A DNA stretch of 64,000 bases from Capsulimonadales bacterium. Its GTDB lineage: Bacteria; Armatimonadota; Armatimonadia; Armatimonadales; Armatimonadaceae. Under the pieces are notes generated by a model, which worked only from the letters and a program-made list of their open reading frames with translations, was not told where the DNA came from and ran no database searches. The translations under genes were made by a program, and so were the position numbers. The stretch covers positions 1-64,000 of the forward strand of contig JANRLW010000051.1 of the NCBI GenBank assembly GCA_033762295.1, read 5' to 3'. Below, in pieces: positions 49,332 through 60,889 of the stretch (the stretch's first letter is position 1; every line of letters begins with the position of its first letter).

Positions 49332-50876
49332 ATGAGAGACAACCGGCAAACGCCTCCCCTTTCAACTTCCCTGTCGAACGGGGCGCACGCGATTCCTTCC
49401 GACGGAACCTTCGACGGACGTTTGTTTCACCGGACGGTTCTTCGCCATCGCGCGGTCCTTACGGGGGTGTTCGTCGGCGTGCTTGCGGTCCTCCTTCTCG
49501 GTTTGCTCGCCTTTTTCCCGCGCCGTTACACGACGGTTTCCTCGATCGCCTTCCAGCAGAACTCCGGCGCCGGCATCGGCGGTTCTCTGGCCAGCCTCGC
49601 CAACCTGAACCTGGGGTCGGGGAAGGTGTATGACGGTGTGCTTCGCAGTCGACGGTTCGCGGCGGCGGCGGTTCGTGATGCCGGGGTTTCCGATCTGTAC
49701 CGTCTGAACTCCGAGGAGAGTGTCCTTCTCGTTCAGGACGCGGTGATGACCGAGGACCCGAAAAACGGCCTGACTTATCTGCATGTGACGCTGCCCGGTC
49801 CGCCGATCCTCGCGCCCGGCGCGGCGGACCGGGAAAAACGGGTGATGGAAGCCGCCCGACTCGTCAACGACAGCCTGATCGCTTCGCTTCAGGACTACCT
49901 GGCGACGACGAACACCGATCATGACGCGGTCGTCCTCAAAAAAGCGAAAGAGCAGCTGGAATCGGCCCGGCGAGAGTACGATGCGGCGGTGGAGGCGATG
50001 ACCCGGCTCGTCCGGTCCGCGACCGGCGGGGCGATGGCGGCCCGCGCGGCTCGTTCCCCCGGCACGCCGCCTTCCGGAAACGCCCCGGATCGTTCCGCCC
50101 CGGCGTCGGCCACCGATCTCGCGACCGAGAATCTGGCGGCGTTGTACCGGACACGCGCGGAACTGGAGGTGAGCCTTCGGTCGGCGGAGGAGCAGTTGCG
50201 CGGTCAGACCCGGCTCGCGCGTGAGACCGCTTCCGGAGCGCATCTGCTGCCGGCGGAGGACCCGCTCCTCGGCGACGCCCGATTGCAGGTCCGACAGGCG
50301 GAGCGAGCGCTGGCGGAACTGCGCGTCACCCTGGCCGATTCCAATCCGCAGGTCGAAGTCGCCCGTCGTAACCTGGAGGCGGCCCGCCGCCGGCTGCGCG
50401 AGGAACAGTCGGCCTTCACTTCGGATCGCACCTCCGCCGCCGTCGATATCGCCGCGCTTCGGACCAAGTACGACGCCGTTCTGCGACAGATCGCGCGTGC
50501 GGAGAAGGATTTTAACCTCAGCCGCGACTACTCGACCGAAATGCTGCGGCGGAGGAACGAGATCGATATCCGGCTTGAGGTATTGAAATCGGCCGCCTCC
50601 CAGTTCGCGTTGCTCAACGTGACGTCCGTGGCGGGCGATGGGCTGATGGATGTCGTGGACGTCGCCACTCTCCCGGACCGGGGTCGGCCCGGGCTGCTCC
50701 TTCTCGGCGCGGCGAGCGTTTTCGGCGCGTTCGTGACCGCGCTGGCGCTGGCGTTCCTCGCCTACTTCCGGGAGTCCCGACGTCGTACCGCGCCGCTGTT
50801 CGAAGCGGCATCGTCGCCTTCGGAACCCGCCCGTCTGCGCGCCGGCCCCGAGTCGGAAGGTTTCGGACCGCCGTGA
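49332..50876 (+). CDS. Wzz/Wzc-like polysaccharide co-polymerase without kinase domain
   Basis: N- and C-terminal TMs flanking a long coiled coil, DSNPQV motif; no Walker A visible. Confidence 0.8.
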   Translation: MRDNRQTPPLSTSLSNGAHAIPSDGTFDGRLFHRTVLRHRAVLTGVFVGVLAVLLLGLLAFFPRRYTTVSSIAFQQNSGAGIGGSLASLANLNLGSGKVYDGVLRSRRFAAAAVRDAGVSDLYRLNSEESVLLVQDAVMTEDPKNGLTYLHVTLPGPPILAPGAADREKRVMEAARLVNDSLIASLQDYLATTNTDHDAVVLKKAKEQLESARREYDAAVEAMTRLVRSATGGAMAARAARSPGTPPSGNAPDRSAPASATDLATENLAALYRTRAELEVSLRSAEEQLRGQTRLARETASGAHLLPAEDPLLGDARLQVRQAERALAELRVTLADSNPQVEVARRNLEAARRRLREEQSAFTSDRTSAAVDIAALRTKYDAVLRQIARAEKDFNLSRDYSTEMLRRRNEIDIRLEVLKSAASQFALLNVTSVAGDGLMDVVDVATLPDRGRPGLLLLGAASVFGAFVTALALAFLAYFRESRRRTAPLFEAASSPSEPARLRAGPESEGFGPP

Positions 50877-52126
50877 GCCGGTTTCTCCGCAATCCGCTGC
50901 TCACCTTCCTGATGGTCTTTCCCGCCAGTTACAATGTCGCCAAGGCGGTTTTCATGGTTTTCGTGATCGGCGAAACACTGTGGGCAATCGTTCGCGGGGA
51001 ACGATTCCGCATCCATACGGGGGTCGTCCTCGGACTGCTGACCGTCCTTTTTCTGGGCATGTTTCTGGCGTTGTACGACCACTTACAGCTTCCCTTCGCC
51101 CAGTGGCGACAGGCCAACGTGTTTCTGACCGCACCGCTGATCTTTCTGCTGTTCACGCTGCTGTACTCGCACCGTCCCGACTTCGGTCCGACCCTGCACC
51201 ACTGTCTCTGTTCGGCTTCGTTTTTCATCGCGGTGAACGCTCTGGCCTACCTCGGCTTCGGGTTGATCGGCCGCCCCTATCCGCTGGAGTTTCTCGATCT
51301 CGACTACCGGCGCGGCATTGACGAACGGGGGTTCGCCGCCTACTCGACCAACAACCTGCCGATCCTTTGTTTTACCGTTCCTTACCTGCTGGCGAACGTG
51401 CTGTACACGGGCAACCGCTCGCGGTTCGCGGTTCTGACGCTGGCTCTCTCCGTTCTCGCCGCGCTGGCGTCGCTGCGCGTGGCGGTCATTCTTTCCGTCG
51501 TCGGGTCGGCGGTCGTCCTCTTCGGTCTGGTCTATCTCAAAGCGGACAGCGCAGGTCGCCGGACGATCCGGCGCGGCATCGTCCTCGCCGCGACCGCTCC
51601 GCTGGTGGCGGGGGTGATCGGCTATCTACTGCTCCCCTCCGGGCAGAAGGCACGGCTCGGTCTGATCGTCGAAGGCATCTACCTGTTGAAACTCTCCCGC
51701 AAGGTCTCCGGTGAGGACAGCCGTTACGAGCAGGCGAACTACTGGCTCCGCGCCTGGGAGAGACGCCCCTGGTTCGGACATGGCCTGAGCAGTACGGAAC
51801 TCATCACCTCGTCCATCGTCAAGCCCGGCACGGTCCAAAACCCGTACGGATACGAACTCACTTATCTTCGCCTTCTTTCCGAGATCGGTCTGCTGCCGCT
51901 TCTGCTTTACGCTTATCTGCTGCTGCGGTCGGCGCGGTGGCTGGCGGAGTGCGCATGGCGCGGCGAAACGGCGGAGCGTCGCGAGGCGCTGGGGCATTTA
52001 CTCGGCATGATCGGCTTTCTGTTCGCGTCGGGGACCAACGGTTACCTGCTCACCTTCGGCGTTGCCTGGACGGTGTTTCTTCCGGTCGCGTACGGCAATC
52101 GTCTCCTGACGGAGGAGACGGCATGA
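50873..52126 (+). CDS. Wzy-like polymerase / O-antigen ligase family protein
   Basis: About 10 TMs, RPWFGHGL and YELTYLRLLSEIGLL motifs; coupled to neighbours. Confidence 0.78.
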   Translation: MSRFLRNPLLTFLMVFPASYNVAKAVFMVFVIGETLWAIVRGERFRIHTGVVLGLLTVLFLGMFLALYDHLQLPFAQWRQANVFLTAPLIFLLFTLLYSHRPDFGPTLHHCLCSASFFIAVNALAYLGFGLIGRPYPLEFLDLDYRRGIDERGFAAYSTNNLPILCFTVPYLLANVLYTGNRSRFAVLTLALSVLAALASLRVAVILSVVGSAVVLFGLVYLKADSAGRRTIRRGIVLAATAPLVAGVIGYLLLPSGQKARLGLIVEGIYLLKLSRKVSGEDSRYEQANYWLRAWERRPWFGHGLSSTELITSSIVKPGTVQNPYGYELTYLRLLSEIGLLPLLLYAYLLLRSARWLAECAWRGETAERREALGHLLGMIGFLFASGTNGYLLTFGVAWTVFLPVAYGNRLLTEETA

Positions 52127-53430
52127 GCGAGGAACCGTCGCGTCGCTTCCGCTCCGTCGGGATTTCCCTCTCCCTGGCCGCGCTTGCGCTGGGTAATATG
52201 CTCCTGGGATTCGTGCAGAACTGGTATATTACGACGACACTCGGACTCGGCGTCGCCACGGACGCCTTCAACGCCGGGTTGGCTCTGCCGCAGTTTCTGC
52301 TGGCGGTCGCGGGCAATCCCCTCGGTCAGGTCATTCTGCCGATTCTGGCGGCAAGCGGCGACCGAACGGAACGGCGGGAGGCGGCCGGCGCGCTGCTGTT
52401 CGTCGCCGGCGTCCTGGCTCCGGGCATCGCCGCCCTGCTGATGTTCGCCGCCCCGTTCTGGGTTCCGCTGACGGTGCCCGGATTTTCGACGGCGGCGCAG
52501 GAATTGACCGTGACCATGGCGCGAATCCACCTGCTCGGTCTGGTTTTTGCCGTGCTCTTTCTCGTTCAGCGGGCCTTTCTCAACGCCTCCGAACGGTTTT
52601 TGCTGGCGGAGTTCGGGCTGCTGGCCGGCAACCTGATCGGTGTCAGTTTCCTCTGGTATTCGCTGCCCCGGTTCGGGCCGACGATGGCCGCGTGGGCGTT
52701 GACGATGGAACTGGGCCTGCCCGTGCTGTTCGTGCTTCCGCTTCTCGGCATTCGCGCCCGCTGGTCCCACCCGGCTGTCCGACAGACCGGGGAGCGTCTC
52801 CGTCCCCTGCTTCTGGGAACCGCCTACTACAAAACCGAACTGCTCCTGGATCGCGCGCTCGCCTCGCTGATGCCGACGGGTTCGCTGTCGCTCCATCAGC
52901 TTTCGATCCAGCTCTATTCGAACGGCCTGAACCTGGCGAACAAGGCGCTGGTCACGCCGGTCGTGCCCGGACTGGCCCGTCATGCCGCCCGTCACGACTG
53001 GCCGCGTTTCCACCGGATGCTGGCGCGGCGCGGTCTGATCCTTCTGGCGTTCGGCATCGGGGTTACCCTGCTTCTGGCCCTCGTCGGCAGGCCGGTCCTG
53101 CTGTTCGTCTTCGCGCGCGGCCGCCTGACGCCGGAGCAGGTCGGTATCCTGTTCGCCCTGATGCTTGCCCTCACCGGCTACTGGCTGGGGGCTCTGGGCG
53201 GTTCGATCACCTCCTCCGCCTTTTACGCACGCGGGGATACCCGCTTTCCGACGCGCCTCGGAGCGATCAGTCATACGATCTCGATACCGCTGAAAATCCT
53301 GGCGGCGATGCGGTTCGGCCTGTTCGGACTGGCGGCGGTCGTCAGTCTGCAGTACACGTTGAATCTTCTGGCCTACATGATCGCCCTCCGGCGCGGACAG
53401 CGACGGGAAACGGAGGCGGGGACCCCATGA
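52123..53430 (+). CDS. MurJ/MviN-like lipid-linked oligosaccharide flippase
   Basis: TDAFNAGLALP, LTVPGF, DRALAS, AFYARGDTRFP; GGAGG RBS. Confidence 0.82.
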   Translation: MSEEPSRRFRSVGISLSLAALALGNMLLGFVQNWYITTTLGLGVATDAFNAGLALPQFLLAVAGNPLGQVILPILAASGDRTERREAAGALLFVAGVLAPGIAALLMFAAPFWVPLTVPGFSTAAQELTVTMARIHLLGLVFAVLFLVQRAFLNASERFLLAEFGLLAGNLIGVSFLWYSLPRFGPTMAAWALTMELGLPVLFVLPLLGIRARWSHPAVRQTGERLRPLLLGTAYYKTELLLDRALASLMPTGSLSLHQLSIQLYSNGLNLANKALVTPVVPGLARHAARHDWPRFHRMLARRGLILLAFGIGVTLLLALVGRPVLLFVFARGRLTPEQVGILFALMLALTGYWLGALGGSITSSAFYARGDTRFPTRLGAISHTISIPLKILAAMRFGLFGLAAVVSLQYTLNLLAYMIALRRGQRRETEAGTP

Positions 53431-54497
53431 CCGAACCGCTTCGCGTGACCGCCCTGACTTCCGGGCGCAATATGCCCTCGACACGTTTCCGGGTGCGCCA
53501 GCATCTGCCCTATCTTGCGTCGCAGGGCGTTTCGGTGCGGGAATACGCCCCAGCCATCGCCAAGACCGCCGGGATTCCGCTATGGCCCCGCACCTGGAGC
53601 CCGAAGTACGTACTGCCGCTGTACGGTCTCTGGCAGGGGATGAAACTGGCAACCCGTGTCCCCGGTCTGCTCGCCTCCTTCCGCTCGGGCGTCGTCTGGC
53701 TTCAGCGGGAGATTTTGCCCGGCTATCTGACGCTGGAACCGCTGCTGGCCCGCCCTATCGCCTTCGATATCGACGACGCCATCTGGATGGCCCGCCCTTA
53801 CGGGCCGCGAACCGTGCGCGAAATCGCCCGCCGTTCCGCTGTCGTGCTGGCCGGAAACTCCTATCTGGCCGACTGGCTTTCGGATAGCGCACGCCGGGTT
53901 CGTATCCTGCCGACCGCGATCGATACCGACCGCTTTCATCCGGTCTCCGGGCCGAAGGCGGACGGTGCGACGTTTGTCGTCGGCTGGACGGGTATCGCCG
54001 CCAACTATCCTTACCTGTACGCGATCGAAACCGGCCTGCGCCGATTTCTGGATCGGTGTTCCGTCGCCGAACTGCGGATCGTGGCCGAGGAGCCACCGCG
54101 CTTTCGCGAGATCGCGCCGGAACGGGTACGGTTCGTCCGCTGGACCCCGGAGAACGAAGCGAGCGTTCTCCGGGAGATGGATGTGGGTCTGATGCCGCTT
54201 CCGGATACGGAATGGACACGGGGGAAGTGCAGTTTCAAGATGCTGCAGTATATGGCGACCGGGCTTCCGGTTCTGGCGTCGCCGGTCGGCCTGAACGCCG
54301 ATATTCACCGGATGGGCGAGGTCGGATTCGCTCCGACGACGGACGAGGAGTGGACGGACGCGCTGGACACGCTCTTCGCCTCGGAGGAGTTGCGTCGCCG
54401 GATGGGCAAGGTCGGTCGTCGTATCACGGTCGAGCGGTTCGGCATTCCGGTGATCGGGGCGAGGATCGCGGACGCTCTGCGGGAGGCCGCCGAATGA
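53427..54497 (+). CDS. Glycosyltransferase family 4
   Basis: DIDDAIW, DVGLMPL...GKCSFKMLQYMATGLPVLASPVG. Confidence 0.9.
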   Translation: MTEPLRVTALTSGRNMPSTRFRVRQHLPYLASQGVSVREYAPAIAKTAGIPLWPRTWSPKYVLPLYGLWQGMKLATRVPGLLASFRSGVVWLQREILPGYLTLEPLLARPIAFDIDDAIWMARPYGPRTVREIARRSAVVLAGNSYLADWLSDSARRVRILPTAIDTDRFHPVSGPKADGATFVVGWTGIAANYPYLYAIETGLRRFLDRCSVAELRIVAEEPPRFREIAPERVRFVRWTPENEASVLREMDVGLMPLPDTEWTRGKCSFKMLQYMATGLPVLASPVGLNADIHRMGEVGFAPTTDEEWTDALDTLFASEELRRRMGKVGRRITVERFGIPVIGARIADALREAAE

Positions 54498-55648
54498 GCT
54501 TCCGGATGGCGTTTCTGTTCGCGCATCTGCACAAGGGCGGGATGCAAAAAGCGGTCAGCACCCTCTCCTGCGCACTGCCGGACGATATCCGGCAGCATCT
54601 CCTCTACTTCGGCACGGAGAATCCGGGGTTCGCTTACCGGGCGGAGGAGAAAAATCTGGGCGCGACCATTCCGCGCGGACGGAACCCGGTCGGCAAAGCG
54701 CGAGCGGCCCTCGCTCGTGTGCGTCGGCTCCAGGCGTTCATCGACGCGGAAAAACCGGACGTCATCGTCAGCTTCGGTGAGGCGGCCAACATCCTCAATC
54801 TGCTGACCCGCCGTAAGCGAACCGTCCTCTCGGTGCGGGTCTCGCTGCCGGAATCCCTGGCGGGCATGGCCCCGTACGGATCGGTTTATGGGGTGCTGGT
54901 GCGGCGGCTCTACCCGCGGGCGGACCGGATCGTCGCCGTCTCGGAAGGGATCGCCGACCAGTTGACCGACGGGTTCGGCGTCCCCCGTCGGCTCGTGACC
55001 GTGATTCGAAACGGGTACGACGCGGAACGGATTCGCGCACTGGCAAAGGAACCGCTGCCTGACGATCGAACGGCACAATTTTTCTCCGCGCCGACGGTGA
55101 CCAATGTGGCCTCGCTTGCGCCGCAGAAAGGGCAGGAGCATTTGATTCGCGCGTTCGCGCGGGCGCGGCGGGAGATTCCCGACCTGCGGCTGTGTCTGGT
55201 CGGGCGCGGTGAGAAGCAGGCCGAGTTCGAGCGTCTGGCCGAATCCCTCGGGGTGCGGGACTCGGTTCTGTTTGCCGGTTTCGATCCGAATCCGTACCGT
55301 TACCTGTCTCGCTCCCGCGTCTTCGTGCTTCCTTCCCGGTTCGAGGGGTTCCCGAATGCGCTGGTCGAGGCGATGATCTGCGGTCTGCCGGTGATCGCGA
55401 CCGACTGCCCGACCGGGCCGCGCGAGATACTCGGCGCGTCGGAACATGGTATCCTTGCGGAGGCGGTGACCGACGAGCACGGGGCACAGGCGGAGGCGCA
55501 GATCGCCGAAGGAATCGTGCGCCTGATCACCACCGGGGACGGTCGTCTCTTTGCGGAACGCGCACGGCGGCGCAGCGCGGAGTTTCGCCTGGAGACGGCG
55601 GTGGCTCGCTGGCTGGAGGTCATCGGCTACGCGCCTGAGAGATCATGA
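54494..55648 (+). CDS. Glycosyltransferase family 4
   Basis: GGMQK, QKGQEHLI, SRFEGFPNALVEAMICGLPVIATDCPTGPREIL. Confidence 0.92.
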   Translation: MSFRMAFLFAHLHKGGMQKAVSTLSCALPDDIRQHLLYFGTENPGFAYRAEEKNLGATIPRGRNPVGKARAALARVRRLQAFIDAEKPDVIVSFGEAANILNLLTRRKRTVLSVRVSLPESLAGMAPYGSVYGVLVRRLYPRADRIVAVSEGIADQLTDGFGVPRRLVTVIRNGYDAERIRALAKEPLPDDRTAQFFSAPTVTNVASLAPQKGQEHLIRAFARARREIPDLRLCLVGRGEKQAEFERLAESLGVRDSVLFAGFDPNPYRYLSRSRVFVLPSRFEGFPNALVEAMICGLPVIATDCPTGPREILGASEHGILAEAVTDEHGAQAEAQIAEGIVRLITTGDGRLFAERARRRSAEFRLETAVARWLEVIGYAPERS

Positions 55649-56619
55649 GTTCGCTCCCTCTTTTACGCATCCTGCTGGTCAACTGGAACTCGGGCGACCA
55701 GTTACGCGCCTGTCTGCGTTCCGTCGCGCAGGTCGCCCGGCACGATACTTTCCGCTTCGAGCAGGTCGTCGTCGTCGACAACGCCTCCTCGGACGGTTCC
55801 GCCGACGATCCGGAAACGACCTTCGCCTCGGGGCCGGCGGCGATTCCCCTGCGTGTTCTGCGCAACGAGACAAATCGGGGATTCGCGGCCGCCTGCAACC
55901 AGGGCGCGGAAGGGTCGGAGGCCGACTATCTCCTGCTGCTCAATCCCGATACGGTCGCCTATCCGGACTCTTTCGACGCGCCGATCGCTTTTCTCGAACG
56001 TCCGGAGAACCGTCGGATCGGGATTCTGGGGATCCGTCTGCTCGATGAGAACGGCCAGGTCAGCCGTCGCTGCGCCCGTTTTCCCACGCCTCGTCTGCTG
56101 ATCGGACGTTCGTTCGGCGCCGATGTTCTCCTTCCGTCCCGGTTTCCGTCCCAGTTCATGAAGGAGTGGGACCATGAGGACAGCCGCGAGGTCGATCAGG
56201 TGATGGGCGCGTATTTTCTGGTGCGTCGGCAGGTCTGGGAGGAGATCGGGGGTATGGACGAGCGTTTCTTCGTCTACTTCGAGGACGTGGACTTCGCCCT
56301 GCGCGCGAAGCGGGCCGGCTGGGTGAGTTATTACTGGAACGGGGCATCGATCTTCCACAAGGGGGGCGGAACGACGGAGCGGGTGAAAGCGGTCCGCCTG
56401 GCGTACTCCCTGTTCGGGAGGATTCAGTATGCCCGCAAGCACTTTTCACCGTGGGGCGCGACGGGGGTTTTACTGGCGGTTCTTCTGGGGGATTCGGCGA
56501 CCCGTCTCGGACGCGCCCTTCTGCGCCGCTCACCCGCCGAGGCGGCGGAAACCCTGCGGGCGTTCGTCCTGCTGGCCCGGGGGTTGCGCCGCGGCACGAT
56601 CCTTCCGGGGAAGGGGTGA
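55645..56619 (+). CDS. Glycosyltransferase family 2 (rhamnosyltransferase-like)
   Basis: VNWNS, VVDNASSDGS, NRGFAAACN, LLNPD, DERFFVYFEDVD. Confidence 0.92.
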   Translation: MSSLPLLRILLVNWNSGDQLRACLRSVAQVARHDTFRFEQVVVVDNASSDGSADDPETTFASGPAAIPLRVLRNETNRGFAAACNQGAEGSEADYLLLLNPDTVAYPDSFDAPIAFLERPENRRIGILGIRLLDENGQVSRRCARFPTPRLLIGRSFGADVLLPSRFPSQFMKEWDHEDSREVDQVMGAYFLVRRQVWEEIGGMDERFFVYFEDVDFALRAKRAGWVSYYWNGASIFHKGGGTTERVKAVRLAYSLFGRIQYARKHFSPWGATGVLLAVLLGDSATRLGRALLRRSPAEAAETLRAFVLLARGLRRGTILPGKG

Positions 56620-56627
56620 TTTCGAGC

Positions 56628-57734
56628 ATGCGTCTGCTTCTTCTGCCGAAATACGGTCGCCGGGCGGCCAGCAGCCGACTTCGCTACTTTCAGTATGTTC
56701 CCTATCTGGAGAGCCAGGGGATCGTCTGTACCGTCTCGCCGCTGTTTGAGGACGAGTATGTCGCCCGCCGTTCTCGCTCGCGGGGCGGTGCGGCGAAGGC
56801 CGCGGGTCTGCTCGGCCTGGCGCAGGCGTTCGTCCGCCGCGCACAGGCGATCCGTTCGGCGCGCGGCTTCGACCTGATCCTGATGCACTGCGAGGCGTTC
56901 CCCTACCTGCCCCCGATTCTCGAACGGCAATTGCAACGACTCGGCGTTCCGTATGCGGTCGACTACGATGATGCGATCTTTCATAACTACGATCTGCATC
57001 GCCGGGCGATCGTCCGTCGGGTTCTGGGAGGCAAGATCGCGTCGGTGCTGCGCGGCGCGTCGGCGGTCATCGCCGGAAGCGAGTATCTCGCCGAGTACGC
57101 GCGACGGGTGAACGATCAGGTTCATGTGCTGCCGACCGTAATTGATACGGAACGTTACGGTCTTTCCGCCCGTCCGGTAAGCGTAGGGAACGAGTTCCGG
57201 ATCGGCTGGATCGGTTCCTTCTCGACGATGCCGTATCTGCGACTGATCGAGGAAGCCCTCGCCGGGTACTGTCGGGAGGGCAAAGCGCGTCTGACGGTCG
57301 TCGGCGCGGGCAAAATGGACCTGTCCGTGTCTCCGGTCGAGTTCCGTGAGTGGTCGGAGGCGACCGAGGTGAACGATTGCCGTGCGTTTGACGTCGGCAT
57401 TATGCCGTTGCCCGACACTCCCTGGGCGCGCGGCAAATGCGGCTACAAGCTGATTCAATATATGGGTTGCGGTCTCCCCGTGATCGCCTCCCCGGTCGGC
57501 GCGAACAACGATATCGTTCGATCCGGCGAGAACGGATTTCTGGCGAAGACGACGGCGGAGTGGCAGGAGGCGCTGGAGACCCTGCGGAAGGACCCGGTTC
57601 TGGCGCGAACGATGGGGGAGACGGGTCGTCGCCTGGTCGAGGAGCGGTACTCTCTGCGGGCGACCGCTCCCGAACTGAAACGGATTCTGGAAACGTGCGG
57701 AAAGACGACGTCCGCCGCACGGGTTCCTCTGTAA
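56628..57734 (+). CDS. Glycosyltransferase family 4
   Basis: ASSRLRYFQY, DYDDAIF, DVGIMPL...GKCGYKLIQYMGCGLPVIASPVG. Confidence 0.9.
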   Translation: MRLLLLPKYGRRAASSRLRYFQYVPYLESQGIVCTVSPLFEDEYVARRSRSRGGAAKAAGLLGLAQAFVRRAQAIRSARGFDLILMHCEAFPYLPPILERQLQRLGVPYAVDYDDAIFHNYDLHRRAIVRRVLGGKIASVLRGASAVIAGSEYLAEYARRVNDQVHVLPTVIDTERYGLSARPVSVGNEFRIGWIGSFSTMPYLRLIEEALAGYCREGKARLTVVGAGKMDLSVSPVEFREWSEATEVNDCRAFDVGIMPLPDTPWARGKCGYKLIQYMGCGLPVIASPVGANNDIVRSGENGFLAKTTAEWQEALETLRKDPVLARTMGETGRRLVEERYSLRATAPELKRILETCGKTTSAARVPL

Positions 57735-57739
57735 ACGAA

Positions 57740-58752
57740 ATGAATGAACAAGCAAATACGGTTCTGGTAACGGGTGCGGCGGGGTTCATCGGGTATCACC
57801 TGACGCGACGGCTTCTCGAAGGCGGGCGACGGGTCATCGGGTACGATAACCTGAACGATTTCTACGATGTCGGTCTCAAACAGGCGCGGTTGGGTCTGCT
57901 GGACCCCTTCGAGAACTTCCAGTTCTTTCGCGCCCACCTCGAGGACGCCGACGCCCTGCATCAGGTGTTCGCGCGGTTTCGTCCCGATGTCGTGGTGAAC
58001 CTGGCGGCTCAGGCGGGCGTCCGCTATTCCATCACCAACCCCGACTGTTTCATACGGAGCAATATCGTCGGTTTTCATCATCTGCTGGAAGCCTGCCGCC
58101 GCCATCCCGTCCGCCATCTGGTCTATGCCTCCTCCTCCTCGGTGTACGGCGCGAACACGAAGATGCCGTTTTCGCCGCACGACCCGACCGCCCATCCGGT
58201 CAGTCTGTACGCCGCGAGCAAAAAAACCAACGAACTGATGGCTCATGCCTACAGTCAGTGTTTCGGGGTTCCGACGACCGGCATTCGGTTCTTCACGGTT
58301 TACGGTCCGTACGGTCGTCCGGATATGGCGCTTTTTCGATTCACCCGGAACATACTGGCGGGCGAGCCGATCGACATCTACAATCACGGGCAGATGCGGC
58401 GGAACTTTACGTTCGTCGACGATGCGGTGGAGGGGATTCTTCGGATCATCGACCGGCCGCCCGTGCCGAACCCGGAATGGACGCCGGGCGACTTTCCGGA
58501 CCCGGCGACGAGCGCCGCGCCCTACCGGGTCTACAACGTCGGCAATAACGAACCGACGGAGTTGATGGATTTCGTTCGGTGTATCGAGAAAGAGGTCGGC
58601 CGGGAGGCGATCAAGCGGTTTCTGCCGCTACAGGCGGGCGACATTCTGGCGACGTATGCCGATATCAGCGACTTCGTGCGGGACACCGGTTACCAGCCGC
58701 GCGTCGGCGTCGAGGAGGGCGTCGCGCGGTTTGTCGCCTGGTACCGGGAGTT

Positions 58753-58765
<13 letters not shown>
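57740..58765 (+). CDS. NAD-dependent epimerase (UDP-glucuronate 4-epimerase-like)
   Basis: TGAAGFIG, LAAQAGVRYS, YASSSSVYG, YAASKK, RFFTVYGP.GRPDMA. Confidence 0.93.
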
Positions 58766-59811
<1,046 letters not shown>

Positions 59812-59988
59812 GTTTTTCCGTCCTTGTTTCTTTGCCGGCAAATTGTAGCCGATGGGCGAAGCGGCGGTCAACCGGCCTGAATTATTTCGGGGGTTCGACC
59901 GACAATCGGATCACGTCGCCGCGCGTTTCGCGGGCGTCGAAACAGGGTATACTTCCCGTTGGGTTATGGCGCGTCGTGGCGCTCGGAA

Positions 59989-60018
59989 TTGACGCTTTTG
60001 GGCGTCATACGATAGAAT
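59989..60018 (+). promoter_or_regulatory. Sigma70-type promoter of the wzm operon with an overlapping palindrome
   Basis: TTGACG-18 nt-TAGAAT; TGACGC-TTTTGG-GCGTCA inverted repeat overlaps the -35. Confidence 0.55.
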
Positions 60019-60031
60019 CCTGTAAGCCACC

Positions 60032-60889
60032 ATGAACCAAACGGTAACTTTGGCCGACCGCAAGCCGGTTGTTCTCCGCCCCGCCACCCGTTGGAGCGCC
60101 TTCAACTTAGAGGAGGTCCTTCACTACAGCGACCTTCTGACGATGTTCGCACTGCGCGATGTCAAGTTGCGCTACCGACAGACCGCTCTCGGCGTCATCT
60201 GGGTAGTCTTCCAACCCCTCCTTGCGGCGGCGATTTTTCTGATCATCTTTAACAAGGTGGCGCAGACACCGACCGACGACATTTCGCCGTTCGTTTTCTA
60301 CTACGCCGGATTGATGGCCTATAAGTCCTTCGAGAACACGGTGAACAAGGCCAGCATGTGCATGATCGGGAACGCGCAACTGGTCGCCAAGGTCTTCTTT
60401 CCGAGAATTATCCTGCCTGTTTCCACGGTCCTCGGTTCGTTGCTGGACTTTGCCGTCTCCGCCGTGGTGCTGGCGGTCCTGATGCTGGTGTTCCGTGTGC
60501 CCCCGTCGCCGTTTCTGTTGCTTCTGCCCGTCTGGCTTCTCTTCCTGCAGTTGACGGCTCTCGGCCTTGGCTTCTACTTTGCCGCGCTGACGGTACGTTA
60601 TCGGGATATCCAGTATGCCCTGCCGGTGCTGGTTCAGTTCGGTCTCTATGCGACCCCGGTCGGATTTTCGGTCGCCTTCCTGCTGGGCAAGCTGCCGAAA
60701 GCCCTGCATTTCCTGGTTTTCCTGAATCCGTTGACCGGCCTGCTCGATGCGTTCCGCTGGTCGGTTCTGGGAACGCCGATCTACTCCTGGCCGATCGTGA
60801 TCTACGGGATTCTTGCTTCGGTCGCCCTCTTCGTGCTCGGAGCCATGGCTTTCACTCAGATGGAGCAAAGTTTTGCCGATGTCATCTAA
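60032..60889 (+). CDS. wzm: ABC-2 polysaccharide export permease (Wzm/TagG-like)
   Basis: RDVKLRYRQTALG, KVFFPR, YRDIQY, YATPV, NPLTG. Confidence 0.9.
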   Translation: MNQTVTLADRKPVVLRPATRWSAFNLEEVLHYSDLLTMFALRDVKLRYRQTALGVIWVVFQPLLAAAIFLIIFNKVAQTPTDDISPFVFYYAGLMAYKSFENTVNKASMCMIGNAQLVAKVFFPRIILPVSTVLGSLLDFAVSAVVLAVLMLVFRVPPSPFLLLLPVWLLFLQLTALGLGFYFAALTVRYRDIQYALPVLVQFGLYATPVGFSVAFLLGKLPKALHFLVFLNPLTGLLDAFRWSVLGTPIYSWPIVIYGILASVALFVLGAMAFTQMEQSFADVI

